Source: Octopus vulgaris
Taxonomy: Eukaryota
DNA length: 64,000 bases
Direction: 5' to 3'
Assembly (NCBI GenBank): GCA_951406725.2
Contig: OX597814.1
Location: 59,582,001 to 59,646,000, forward strand
In this document: in pieces, positions 30,723 through 54,225 of the stretch
How positions within the stretch are numbered: position 1 is the stretch's first letter
Layout of the letters: each line of letters opens with the position of its first letter
The notes under the pieces: model-generated
Seen by the model: the letters and a program-made list of their open reading frames with translations, nothing else
What the model was told of the DNA's origin: nothing
Databases searched by the model: none
Program-made: the position numbers and the translations under genes

Positions 30723-31685
30723 TACTTTTTATATTCCTGAGCGTTATACTAATGTATCTGTTTGTTCTGTACACCACCTGTCTTCTTCTTTTGTTTTTTT
30801 TTTTCGTAAACACTCCCTATATATACATATATATAGCAGGTGCTTGTGTAATACTCTAGTTTGTATAAAAATATCTATATATCTTATATGTAATTATTTA
30901 TTTGCCTATACGGTTTTACCTCGTGGCCACTAACGTTGTTATTTTTAGAAATAATATCGTTCTTACAAATTTATAATTAATTTCACATGGTTCGTGTGTT
31001 TCAATGGTGTTCGACCATTGAAATGATTGTACAAGCATGATTATAGTGAATTTTAGTAGCTGTCCCTGGCAGATTCCCTTGAAGAGAATTGAGAGCCTTT
31101 GCCGTTAATTTGATATCAAATAAATTGATATTACTCTTGCATCCTTGGCGAAGGTAACGTACTATTCTTGTTCACTAAAGTATTTTTCCTCTCATGCGTG
31201 TATGAATTTAGTGAATCTTCTCTGACTTAGAAGTGTTTTGACTTCTATTTTTAGCGAAGCAGGTGCTTATGTAGTATCGTAGCATATATTATATATTTCT
31301 ATATCATACATGTTATTATTAATTTGCCTGTACGGCATTATACTCGAGCTCAATAATGTTATTACTATTTTTAGAAATAATATCGGTTCTTTTATATTTA
31401 CATTATATATACTAGCTGATGGCTAATTGTAGTATCTTATATATCATTACATAATAAACACATATACAAACATTCAGATACTTCCCTTGTACAAGAACAC
31501 ACATACAAACTTATGATTACGCAGTCGAAATACTATTTTCACCCCTTCCTTCTTATTCATCTATCACCCCTTCCTTTCATTACTATAACTTACTCTCTGT
31601 CAGTCAAGACTATTACTCTCGCTCCTTCCCTTTCACCGATTTACTATTTTCTCTCCTCCTCCGCGTCCGGCGTGATTCTCGACAA

Positions 31686-31732
<47 letters not shown>

Positions 31733-31854
31733 CATATATATGTATATATATGTATATATGTGTGTGTATCTCTGTGTATGTGTGTGTGTATGTGTGTGCG
31801 TGTGTGTGTGCAAATATATAAAAACACTACGCTCATTATTATATTAGATATATA

Positions 31855-32010
31855 TTAGTCATTTCATTAATCGGACTGCGGCCATCATGGGACCCATTCC
31901 TCAAGAATTTTCATCCTAACGAATCGACTCCAGTACTTTACTTTGCAGCCTGGTACTTGTTCTATCGGTCTCTTTTGAAGAAAGGCTAAGTTCCAAGGAC
32001 GTAAACAAAC
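31855..32010 (-). mobile_element. SINE family B 3' fragment (duplicated near 42640)
   Basis: Reverse complement contains GACCGATAGAACAAGTACCAGGCT...GTACTGGAGTCGATT, shared with the tails of the 19321 and 49569 copies. Confidence 0.7.
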
Positions 32011-32116
32011 TCATAGATATACATATATATATGTGTGTGCGTGTGTGTATATATATATATATGTACATCACACCTAAAACTCTCTCTCTCTATATATATA
32101 TGTATATATATATATG

Positions 32117-32215
<99 letters not shown>

Positions 32216-32217
32216 GC

Positions 32218-33000
32218 AGGAATACCCCTCAGAATTAATTAATGAGGGAATTGGGAATTAAATAGGTGATGAAATTGAACGTAACCCAACTGCGCACACC
32301 TAAGGAAAATTTTATGAAAACACGATTCTGTTCGTTAACACACAGTCCTGGAATAATCAACGTCTTTCAAGCCATCAAGTCGAACTTACTTATACTCCTT
32401 CAGAGCCCCAAAAGGAAAAAATCTAATTGAAAAGAACATGTTACGGAATAGTAAACGCCAACCAGAAAATCTTTAAAAAACATATCACGAGGGCAGAATT
32501 CAAATCGTAGAATGAATCAGAATTCCTAGTAAAAGAATGTGGAGTTAGGAGATATGGAACATGCAGCAACAACAACTTCAAATACTTAGAAAGTGGTTCC
32601 CACATAAAATTCAAGAACTGATCCTTTTTAAACATAAATGCAGATATGAACTGCAAAATGCAAGACCTCATATACTGCATTACCTGCCCAAACTGCAAAG
32701 AAAATTACATTGGCGAAACAAAGAATTCCCTCTGCCAACGTGCAAGATTCCACAGGCAACGTATCCTAAAAGAGGAATTACGCAAGACTCCATTAAGTAA
32801 GCATTTGAAAATATACAGCGACGGAAAACGCTAATTTTTTTCCTTTTACAAATGTGCACGTGACGATCCACCACACTGAAAGCCAATGGAAGTACATTTC
32901 ATCAAAAACTTCTCTCCAAATATTGAATGTTTGAAAGAACAGCGGAGACTGTAGATTTCGTATTCTAAATATAACTCAAATATCGGTAACATAATGCTCG
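32218..33000 (+). mobile_element. Penelope-like element fragment with GIY-YIG endonuclease (duplicated at ~43005-43785)
   Basis: MNCKMQDLIYCITCPNCKENYIGETKNSLCQRARFHRQ, with an upstream C...RYGTC zinc-like motif. Confidence 0.85.
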
Positions 33001-34028
33001 TCTCTGTAAATCCTATATGTAACACATTGAGATGTTCAGAGCTTTGCGTGTTTTTTTTCTAGTTTTTAAGTGTTATACAAATATTCTTTCATGCAAAAAC
33101 ATCAATTTGAAAGAGGCGTGATTTTGCTTTTCCTTGCACAGCATCGAAGTTACACAGTATAAAAGTGGACATGTTCCCAAACACACACACACACACACAC
33201 AAACGCACACACACGCGCACCCACTTCATCAAGGGATTCTCTCCAAAATTGAATATTTGAAGGTAAGGCGGAGAAGAATTTGCATTTTTTATTCTAAATG
33301 TGGCTCACCTCTACAGATGTTCTGGTATATATATCTGTAGCATTATTTTCTGTTATTTATTTATTTTTCATTTTTAATTTGTAAATATTATACTAATGTT
33401 GTTTTTTTTATGCAGAACTACATTTCATTAAATCATTCTCTCCAAAATTGAATGCATGAAAGAAAAGAGAAGACAGTATATTTTATATTCTAAATATAAC
33501 TCAAAGAGGAGAAGAAAAGAAGGAAAGAGGAGAAAAGAAAGCAAGAGAAAAGAAAAGAAAAAAGAGGGTAAGAGAGAAAGAAAGCAAAAAGACTTTCAGT
33601 GATGACCACACCACACATTATTTTTTTTTAAGAGGTCACCATACTTAAAGCCATTCCAATATTATGGTAAATGACTAAATAAATAAACGAATGGTGAATA
33701 GGAAGTGGGATCCTCTTTTCTCTCTCCATCTTTTTCTAAATTTCTATCTATCTATCAGCCTATCTACCCCCCCCCCAAAAAAAAATCAATCTTCTCTTCT
33801 TCCAAGCAAAACCCCCCAAAAGACATCTGTTTTATACAAATGAACAAGCTGTTTCTACCTTCACGAAAATTTATTTGACAAGTGCGAGAAGCGGACGAAA
33901 GCGCTTTTATTGATGATGAAATAAAACGATTTATTTTCCAAAATTCTGACGAACCTTTTCTCAATATTCAATTTCTGTACAGCACACCAAACAATACACA
34001 CACAAATATACAGACACACACACATACA

Positions 34029-34073
<45 letters not shown>

Positions 34074-34236
34074 ACACACAAATATAAAATCCAAATCTAA
34101 ACTCTATAATGTTTATTTTGATCTGAAGATTTTCAACACAGGATACTCAAAATGCAGGTTAGTATTGTTACATACGATTCGTAAATTAAATTTGGTATAA
34201 AGTGAAATAACTGTAGGCAGTGCTAATTAATTAGTA

Positions 34237-34402
34237 AATTAATTTATATCCATTAATTCTTTCCATTTCGAACATATTAATAATATTTGATGATTTCTAC
34301 TATATTTATTGAAGAAATATATCTTCAAAATAAAATATATTAATCTTGGATAAAACTATCCCTATAAGATGTTTAAATATATATATACACATATAGATAT
34401 AT

Positions 34403-34450
<48 letters not shown>

Positions 34451-34613
34451 TCTATATGTGTATATATATATATTTAAACATCTTATAGGGATAGTTTTAT
34501 CCAAGATTAATATATTTTATTTTGAAGATATATTTCTTCAATAAATATAGTAGAAATCATCAAATATTATTAATATGTTCGAAATGGAAAGAATTAATGG
34601 ATATAAATTAATT
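34237..34613. repeat. Near-perfect fold-back palindrome (~170 bp arms) centred on (TA)n at the duplication junction
   Basis: 34237-34405 is the reverse complement of 34443-34613. In unit 2 the right arm is only ~95 bp (ends ~45315). Confidence 0.95.
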
Positions 34614-34621
34614 AAATTAAT

Positions 34622-45348
<10,727 letters not shown>

Positions 45349-45552
45349 GTATGTATGTATGCATGAATATATATGCATATATCTACATATGTATATATAT
45401 ATATATATATACACAACGACCTCGAACACACAAGTGCAAACAAGGGAGTCAGAGAAAGGCAGAATGCTACATATATCTGAACACTACTATAGAAATATTC
45501 TTTTAAAAAAACTTTTCTTCTAATTTTTCTAAATTTAATTATTTAATCGTTA

Positions 45553-45590
45553 CAGTTGAAAAGGTCTCAAAATGACCGAAACCGGTACTG
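45553..45590 (+). ncRNA. Minimal type I hammerhead ribozyme, U3-A8 core variant
   Basis: CAG TTGAAAA GGTC tcaaaat GACC GAAA CCGG TA CTG: helix I CAG/CTG, helix II 4 bp, palindromic CCGG helix III. Confidence 0.75.
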
Positions 45591-45638
45591 AAAGATTCAC
45601 TATAAAATTATCTTGGCATTTTCTATTTTTGACTTGTT

Positions 45639-45725
<87 letters not shown>

Positions 45726-45799
45726 CATATATATTTATTTAAAAAATATAAATATATGAAAGAATGGAGTTGAACGACGAAATTAACAAAATTCCTTTA

Positions 45800-45882
45800 T
45801 TTTCGACATATGTTTCGAAGGCTGCATATTCCTAATTGCGAAGGAATAAGGAGTATATTATGCCGCTTTCTCATCAGGAAAA
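45800..45882 (-). ncRNA. Type I hammerhead ribozyme, canonical core, extended helix II
   Basis: Minus strand: TTTTC CTGATGA GAAAGCGGCATA...TATGCAGCCTTC GAAA CATATG TC GAAAA. Confidence 0.85.
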
Positions 45883-45968
45883 GCAAGGATCTTATGTCAA
45901 CATCAAGATGCACAAAAAACATACAAATTTCCACACGAAAGCACGTAACTTCAAACGTGTCTTCTCTG

Positions 45969-46154
45969 ATGTGCATTTGCTACCCAGGTATCGGTTAACC
46001 GAATTATCCATAACAAGATAATTCATTCAACTACTCAAATATACATATATATTTATATATATTTATTTATATATATATAAATGTGTATGTATATATCTAC
46101 TTGTATATACATGTATATATATATATATATACATGTATGTATATATACATATGC

Positions 46155-46193
<39 letters not shown>

Positions 46194-46324
46194 GGTACAT
46201 AAATATCCATTGGTATATATAGGCATATATATACATATATATACATGTGTATACATTTACAATTATATATATAGATTTATGTATATATATATATATATAT
46301 ACGTATAAATATATAGATATATAC

Positions 46325-46366
<42 letters not shown>

Positions 46367-46530
46367 GTATATATCTATATATTTATACGTATATATATAT
46401 ACATAAATCTATATATATAATTGTAAATGTATACACATGTATATATATGTATATATATGCCTATATATACCAATGGATATTTATGTACCTATGTATATAT
46501 ATATATATATATATATGCATATGTATATAT

Positions 46531-46561
<31 letters not shown>

Positions 46562-46710
46562 CACACATGTATATACATATAGATATATACATACACATTT
46601 ATATATATATAAATAAATATATATAAATATATATGTATATTTGAGTAGTTGAATGAATTATCTTTTTATGGATAATTCGGTTAACCGATACCTGGGTAGC
46701 AAATTCACAT
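45969..46710. repeat. Fold-back palindrome (~360 bp arms) centred on (TA)n near 46340
   Basis: ATTTGCTACCCAGGTATCGGTTAACCGAATTATCC...CTACTCAAAT is mirrored at 46640-46710; internal AAATATCCATTGGTATAT is mirrored too. Confidence 0.93.
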
Positions 46711-46979
46711 ATTATATATATATATATATAAGCATATACATGTATATATATATAATATATACGTACATATATATACATATGCATATAAACGTTCATATAT
46801 ATATGCATATATATATATATATATGTAGATATATATAGATATTGATATATATGCACATATATATATATGCATATATATAAATATATATGTGTATGCATAT
46901 ATATATATATGTATATATATATATAATTATATATGTATATATATATATATACATACACACACACATTAGTCATTTTATG

Positions 46980-47043
<64 letters not shown>

Positions 47044-47471
47044 ATATAGACATTAGTGAATTTATGTATATGTACCTATACACATACATATACATCAACG
47101 TATATTATGCGACTAGGGTGCCGGAAAATACCTACATTGCTTGAAATTAAACCTAATACGCTCTAATGCTGTGGATAACGCCCATGAATGAAACATATAT
47201 ACTATCTAGGACCATAATCGTCCCCAAAAACTGATGCAATATTGTTAGTTCTTGTAAATTTTTTTTCATTCATACGCGTTAACGACAGCACTAGAGTATT
47301 TTATCTCTTATTTCTTGCAATGTAGGTGGTTTCTTACACACATGTCGCATCTGGTGAGATTTGTAATTACCTTCTTCCATGAAATATTGCAAACCGCTTT
47401 GTATATTAACTTTACATAAATGTATATTATACACACCCACACTCACATGCACACACACACACACACACCCG

Positions 47472-47511
<40 letters not shown>

Positions 47512-47568
47512 AATTTGTACCATGTGTCTATATATATATATTTATAAACACACGCGCCTATATTTATA

Positions 47569-47641
<73 letters not shown>

Positions 47642-48399
47642 CACGCATGCAATACATGTCTACTTATGTGTGCATTATGGCGTATGCATGTGGGTGTTTT
47701 TAAGTGGGGGTGTAAGGGGGCATTTAGGTTTTTGCTTGAATAATATGCAAATAAATGCAATTTAACATTTTTTGAAAGAATAGAATTTCATTACCAAAAA
47801 ATATATATGAATTATTGATATTTTAATTGGCACTTCATCACTTAAAAAAATGTACATGTATGTTGCATAATTTCACGAATAATGATATGCATTGATTTTT
47901 TGCTCACAAGTTAAGAAGCACACACAACTGAGTGAACATACATACGCATTCTAATGCATGTTGGTCAATATATTCATATTGAAATTTCAATGCAATCTTA
48001 CGTGTGTGTGTTTTTTGTTTAGAGGGTGTGCCTGTTTTTGTCTGTGTATGCGTCACTATGGTTGTGTAGGCGTGCATGTGAATATGTGCATATATGCATG
48101 TGTAGCATGTGTGTTTATGCACATTTGCAATGTATGTTTACATGTTTGTCAATATTACATCTCTGAATATTTTCTCACCATATCTCTGATCTTTCGTTCT
48201 CTGACCCCAAACACACATACAGACACACACACACAAATATGCATACCTTGTTTATGCATGCGTATGTGCGTATATGTCTGTTTATCTTTGTTTCTATATG
48301 TAAGTAAATATATACTTTTACTTGAGGAATGTATGTGAACATATACTTGTATACAGATTCTTATCAGTACATATTACATACATACGTATATTTAAATAT

Positions 48400-48630
48400 A
48401 TATCTGTGCATAATTATTGCTGCGTTTATGCAACAAATTTTATTCAACAAAAACAAAAACAATGTTTAACAAAAACATATTTAAATGACGGCCTGACCGT
48501 CTGCCAAGCAAATGGGAAGCAGTAATTGAAGTAGATGGTGAATATGCTCCGGAATTTAAAGATGATTTCGTTATACGTTGTCATTGCTTTGGTTGAATAA
48601 AATATGTTGAAAAAAAGCAACAATCCAATA
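48400..48630 (+). mobile_element. Mariner-derived internally deleted element (MITE-like)
   Basis: PDRLPSKWEAVIEVDGEYA resembles the mariner C-terminus LPxRWxKVIxxxGEY; short TA-flanked context. Confidence 0.6.
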
Positions 48631-48652
48631 TACATACATATATATATAGAGA

Positions 48653-48751
<99 letters not shown>

Positions 48752-49568
48752 TATACCTTTGTATATATGTATATATATACATATATTTATGTTTATATGT
48801 ATGTATAAGTATACATATATTTATGTAAATATATATATATACATATATTTATGTATATATGTACATATATACATATATTTAAGATATATATATATATATG
48901 TATATGTGTATACAAATATATGTATGTAAATACACTGACATATATTTATACCACAATAATAGAAATCCCTTGTGTCTTCTTATCGTTGATACTCCTTATA
49001 CAGCTTTGAATATACTTAATTTATTTTAATGGTTCATAATGCTCCCCCTTGTGGGCATTGTGTTATCGCACCCGCCCATGTTAGTAAATGTGGTGTCACA
49101 GTGAGTGATATATACAGATACACATATAATACAGATACACATATATATACAGATACAAAATATAATTCAATTTGAATATATATACATAGAAATTATGCTT
49201 GGTGTGTGTATATTGCGTGTACGCACAAAATGTTTATGAGTGATACAGATTACATATCTATGTGCATATGCAAATGTACAAAGTCATATAATATATGCAA
49301 AAACGTGTACATAGCTTCAGACCTAAATTATGCATTATTAAGCCCAAACTTTAACATTGCCCTAGTAAAGTTGATAAAACTGTTCTATTGCATTTTTTCT
49401 ATCTTCGTTGTAAAATCAAACTGATTATGTTGATGATGTAATCACTTCCTTTGCACTTTCTTCTGTGCTCAATGTTAAAATTACTAAATGGTTTCAGCTT
49501 CATCTGTATCTACGAAATAAAATGCAAATTTAATTGCTTGATATATATGTGTATGATTAATATACGTA

Positions 49569-50055
49569 GGCGCAGAAGTGGTTGTGTGATAAGAACATGG
49601 CTTCCCAACCACATGATTTGTGGTTCAGTCGCACTGTGTGGCACCTTATGCTATAAACCTAGGGCCGCACAAAGGTTTGTAATTGGATTCGGTAAACGGA
49701 AACTGGAAGAAGCCTGCATATATCTATATGTGTGTGTATGCATGTATGTATATATATATATATATGTATGTATGTATATGCATATGTATGTCTATAGATA
49801 TATGAATGTGCATACATATATATTTATATGCATGTATGTATATCTATGTGTGTGCGGATCTTTGTGTCTGTGTTTCTACCCTCCCCACCACCACCGCTTG
49901 ACAACGAGTGTTCATTTATTTGTGTCCCTGTAGCTGAGCCGTTCATCAAAAGGAACTGATAGAAGAACCAGGCTTAAAATGCAATTCCTGGGGGTCATTT
50001 CTTGTAGGTAATGCCACAGCGTCTCCACAGTCTAATAACTGAAACAAGTAAAACA
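49569..50055 (+). mobile_element. tRNA-derived SINE, family B
   Basis: GGCGCAGAAGTGGTTGTGTG..GGTTCAGTC head; homologous to the 19321 copy. Confidence 0.85.
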
Positions 50056-50129
50056 CATAAGATGTGCCTGTGTGTGAGGCTAAGTAAGCATATATTTAAT
50101 TCATGAATATATAAATATATATGTTTATA

Positions 50130-50521
<392 letters not shown>

Positions 50522-50628
50522 GTAGGTATTAGCGTAATGGTTAAGACCGCGGGCTAGTGACCCCAAAATTGTGAGTCTAACAAGAAGAAGAATCTACAGC
50601 ATTCCTCATCCCCAAAATATAGAATATG

Positions 50629-50684
<56 letters not shown>

Positions 50685-50790
50685 TATCCATATATGTATC
50701 TATATATATATATTATATATATATACGCATACCTGCAAACACATACATAAAACATAAACATGCACATACATATACACGGACACATACACA

Positions 50791-50849
<59 letters not shown>

Positions 50850-50886
50850 ATATATACATATACATATATATATATCTATCTATCTA

Positions 50887-50926
<40 letters not shown>

Positions 50927-51249
50927 CACTCACAAATACTAACGTAAAATACACACAATATATACACATCCACCCAAACAGAAAGCAAAATAACACAAAG
51001 GTGCATGCAAAATGCAGGAAAGAAAAGCATGTATAAAAAGCATATAGAAATCCATATATATATATACAGATATATATATATATACGGGTGTGTGTGATTG
51101 TGTATAGAAGAATATATTAATAAAAGGTATTCCAACCTTGTCTGATTTTCACGTTTTATTTACAATCTTATAATGATATAATATAAGATAATATATTAAA
51201 ATAAAATGAAATAAAATAAAATAATAGAATGTTAAATGTTCATTCTGAT

Positions 51250-51294
51250 TGAACAAGTACTTTCATGCATTAAATTCTGCAATCTTCAGGTTCA
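51250..51294 (-). ncRNA. Minimal type I hammerhead ribozyme in the Penelope pLTR
   Basis: Minus strand: TGAAC CTGAAGA T TGCA gaatttaa TGCA T GAAA GTAC TT GTTCA (5-bp helix I, palindromic GTAC). Confidence 0.85.
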
Positions 51295-52132
51295 TGTAGT
51301 AGTGGTGACAGTCATGATTCACAATTTTTTACTGTAGTGAGATGAATAAATCTGTGCCTTAAATACAGCTGTGTAGGCTCCAGATTGCTAGGCTTTGCAA
51401 ACTGTATTCTGACCAATCAGTGTGTAGTATCACTCAATTACTTAAGCTGATTGATTGGTTTGGGCGTCATGCTTTGTTGAACATGTCAAGAGTCCTGTAT
51501 CTTAACCCTGGCCGAGGCAGCAATTGTTGGGCTATTTTTAGAAATGTAAATAGTTGTCAGAGATTTTTATATTTTTATATTTCATTTGTCATCATCATCA
51601 TTGTCAGCACTTTAATTATTGTTGCTAGTGGTGATGGTGGTGGCAATAGAACTTTTAACCCTAAATAAGATAATTTTCCTGCTATCTAAGTATTATTATT
51701 ATTGCTTATTTAGCTTGGGTTCGAATTTATCAATAAAATTCTTTTCTCTGATTTTCCTCTCGATTTCACTTGGGCTGTGTAATTTGCAGAATGGAAATAT
51801 TATATATATTTTCCGACCACATGTTGCTAGGTGGTTACTCAAAGGTACCTGACGGACCTCTGGGTCTCTAATCTGTTGTCAGTATCCACGTGAGCGTTCT
51901 GATAGTGCATTTCCCGTCTGACCTACATATATTTCTTCACAATTTGGGCATTTGATGCAGTAAATTAAATTTCTGCTTTTGCAGTTCATATTCGCGTTTG
52001 TGAATATTTTCCTGGTTTTTGTGTTTATATATTGGCCGGTATGTATGAATTGGCATGTGCCACATCGACTATCATTGCATTTAGATACAGTGAATGTTTG
52101 GTCTTTGTTGCTAAGGTCAAATTTTGCCTTTG

Positions 52133-52813
52133 TTAGTAATTTTTACTAAAAACCATAGATCGATCCGTGATTATGTCTTTTAATTCATTACTTTGAGCAA
52201 TGATTGGTAGGTTTGCTTTGGCAATGTTGAAGATATTCTGGTGACATGGGTTGTGTTTCACTATGAATGATATGACTTGTTCTTGTTTTCTTCTTCCTTG
52301 GGTTGTCCTAAGTTGTTGTATGGGTATTTTTATAGCCCGCTGTATGCCATTTTCTATAAGTAGAGATGGGTATTTTTGTTTGAGCAAAAATTCTCTTAGT
52401 TCTGTTAGGCGTTTGTTCCTGATATTTGCATCTTCTATAATGGTACAAATTCTTCTGGCTAGGCAGTATGGGATGTTGCGTTTTGTATGTGGTGGATGGC
52501 ACGACTTAAAATTTAGGTATTGATGTGTGTCTGTGTGTTTATAGTATATATCTGTGGTGATGGGGGTGTCTTTTTTAATTACCATTATATCTAGGAATGG
52601 TAATTTGGTACTACCTATCTCCTTTGTAAATTGGAGAGATGGGTGTTGGTTGTTCAGGAGGATATTGAACTGTTCCAGTGTATTTAGAGATTCTGTTCCG
52701 ATTATGAAGCAGTCGTCAAGGTATCTCTTCCATGCCTTTTCAATATACTTTCTAAATCCAGTGCCATAGTTTACCTCAACCTCTTGGTAGAGTTGTTGTT
52801 CTAAGTATCCCAT
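52133..52813 (-). CDS. Penelope-type reverse transcriptase fragment (226 aa)
   Basis: RYLDD catalytic motif and PLE-typical thumb region; truncated. Confidence 0.85.
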   Translation of the reverse strand: MGYLEQQLYQEVEVNYGTGFRKYIEKAWKRYLDDCFIIGTESLNTLEQFNILLNNQHPSLQFTKEIGSTKLPFLDIMVIKKDTPITTDIYYKHTDTHQYLNFKSCHPPHTKRNIPYCLARRICTIIEDANIRNKRLTELREFLLKQKYPSLLIENGIQRAIKIPIQQLRTTQGRRKQEQVISFIVKHNPCHQNIFNIAKANLPIIAQSNELKDIITDRSMVFSKNY

Positions 52814-52814
52814 T

Positions 52815-53350
52815 ACAGAGTTTGGACATATGTTTAGAAGAGATAACTCTTTCGTCTCTCGAATTTAAGAGAGAACCGTTCATTTTCATAATTATATAAG
52901 ACTCTTTAAGGCGTAAAAGACACGTGTCATTTCTAATCCTTTAAGAGTGGATAGAAGAAATAATATTTCATGAAATTGAGAAATTTATGTTGTCTCTTTT
53001 AAATTGCCATACCTTTTTGGATAAACTAGTACTACTTTTTTTCCGAGTATCATTAAAAGATGATTTATGATTATTCAAGCGTAATTTAAGAGGGGTCTGC
53101 GTGCAACCTATATGATGAAACCTAGAGAGATCATGTGTTGTTATAGTAGCTTTGTATAATTTTTCCTTTTACAATTACGTTTAATCTCACAGGTGTTAGG
53201 GTTTCTACAGTTACAATTGTTACTAATATTAGGCGTACTATTGTTATGTGTATGTTTATTGATAGAGGAAGAGTTGGTGTGAGTATGGGAATCATTGGTA
53301 GAAGATACAGAGCTATTTGAATAATTCGGGTTAGCATAAGTATTAGAGGG
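52815..53350 (-). mobile_element. Second PLE GIY-YIG fragment (Neptune-like), fused upstream of the Penelope RT
   Basis: CNCRNPNTC..C, HIGCTQTPLKLRLNNHKSSF..STSLSKKVW, CLLRLKESYII..LLNSRDE. Confidence 0.75.
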
Positions 53351-53705
53351 AGTTAAATTCTTGTACTAAACATTTAGTTTTCTAATGATAAAGGAAACAA
53401 ATACTCCAAAATAAGTTAGAAGAAACAGAAAAGTCAAATCCAATCATTTTGTTATTGAATATTCCAGCATACCTAGATTTACTAAAATTTGTGTTGTTAA
53501 GTTCTCTTTGGTTTTGTATCTACATGTATGTATATTTTACCTTAATATTGTAACTTATTTCAAACCTCGTATAAAATATATATATATACGTAAACTTTTT
53601 CGTTTTTCAGTATTAATGTGTATTTGTATAACCGTTATGAGAAAAAGAGATATGAGTACATTTAGGTGTTAACAAGTTCATTGTAAAAATACTGTTTATA
53701 CATAT

Positions 53706-53760
53706 TGCACTGAAGGGTTTGCATTATTTTTATATCTCTGTGCGAAACGATCGTCTATAC
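53706..53760 (+). ncRNA. Degenerate hammerhead motif
   Basis: CTGAAGG...TGC GAAA CGATCG TC; A9 mutated and helix I weak. Confidence 0.45.
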
Positions 53761-53875
53761 GTATCAAATTTTTTTCATTTATTTTAACAAATTCTCTTCA
53801 TTTTTATGTAAATTGTTGAGTTTTATGGCACTTTTATCCATAAATTCACTGCACAACGTATTTGTGTATATATGC

Positions 53876-53921
<46 letters not shown>

Positions 53922-54161
53922 TAACAATTGAGGATAAAATCTTTAAAAGAAATTATCAGTAGTCAGCGTGAAAAACCTCGTAAGAGAAAAAATCCGTAAA
54001 GTCTTCCTCTTTGAAAATATTCATTTATATTATATTGAGGGTACTACTATTCGTAGATACCACACGCTAAGAGGGACCAATGCGGTCAAAACTACTAAAA
54101 ATAAACAAAATTTTTTACCGAATGCAAAACTTCAAAACACATCATTTTAAAAAATAATTCA

Positions 54162-54225
54162 GTTATATATCACATGTGATTTCGCATCTAATGCAGAATA
54201 TGCATCTCATGTTCGTCAGTGCAAC
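54162..54225 (-). ncRNA. Type I hammerhead ribozyme (unit 1)
   Basis: Minus strand: GTTGCA CTGACGA ACATGAGATGCA tattc TGCATTAGATGC GAAA TCACATGTGA TA TATAAC. Confidence 0.8.

Larger units (their letters stand above)
51130..52813 (-). mobile_element. Penelope-like element, 5'-truncated (RT C-half + GIY-YIG + pLTR with HHR)
   Basis: WKRYLDDCF, LPFLDI, DIYYKHTDTHQYL..CHP.H; after a stop, CNDSRCGTC and LIYCIKCPNCEEIYVGQT. Confidence 0.92.

Noticed and set aside
31412-31850. Possible non-autonomous Helitron (TC...CTAG on the minus strand)
   Set aside because: No subterminal GC-rich hairpin; such termini are expected by chance in AT-rich DNA.
52820-52840. TAAACATATGTCCAAA (minus strand) resembling an HHR helix III
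   Set aside because: No CTGANGA partner, and it reads as coding sequence (KHMSK) of the GIY-YIG fragment.
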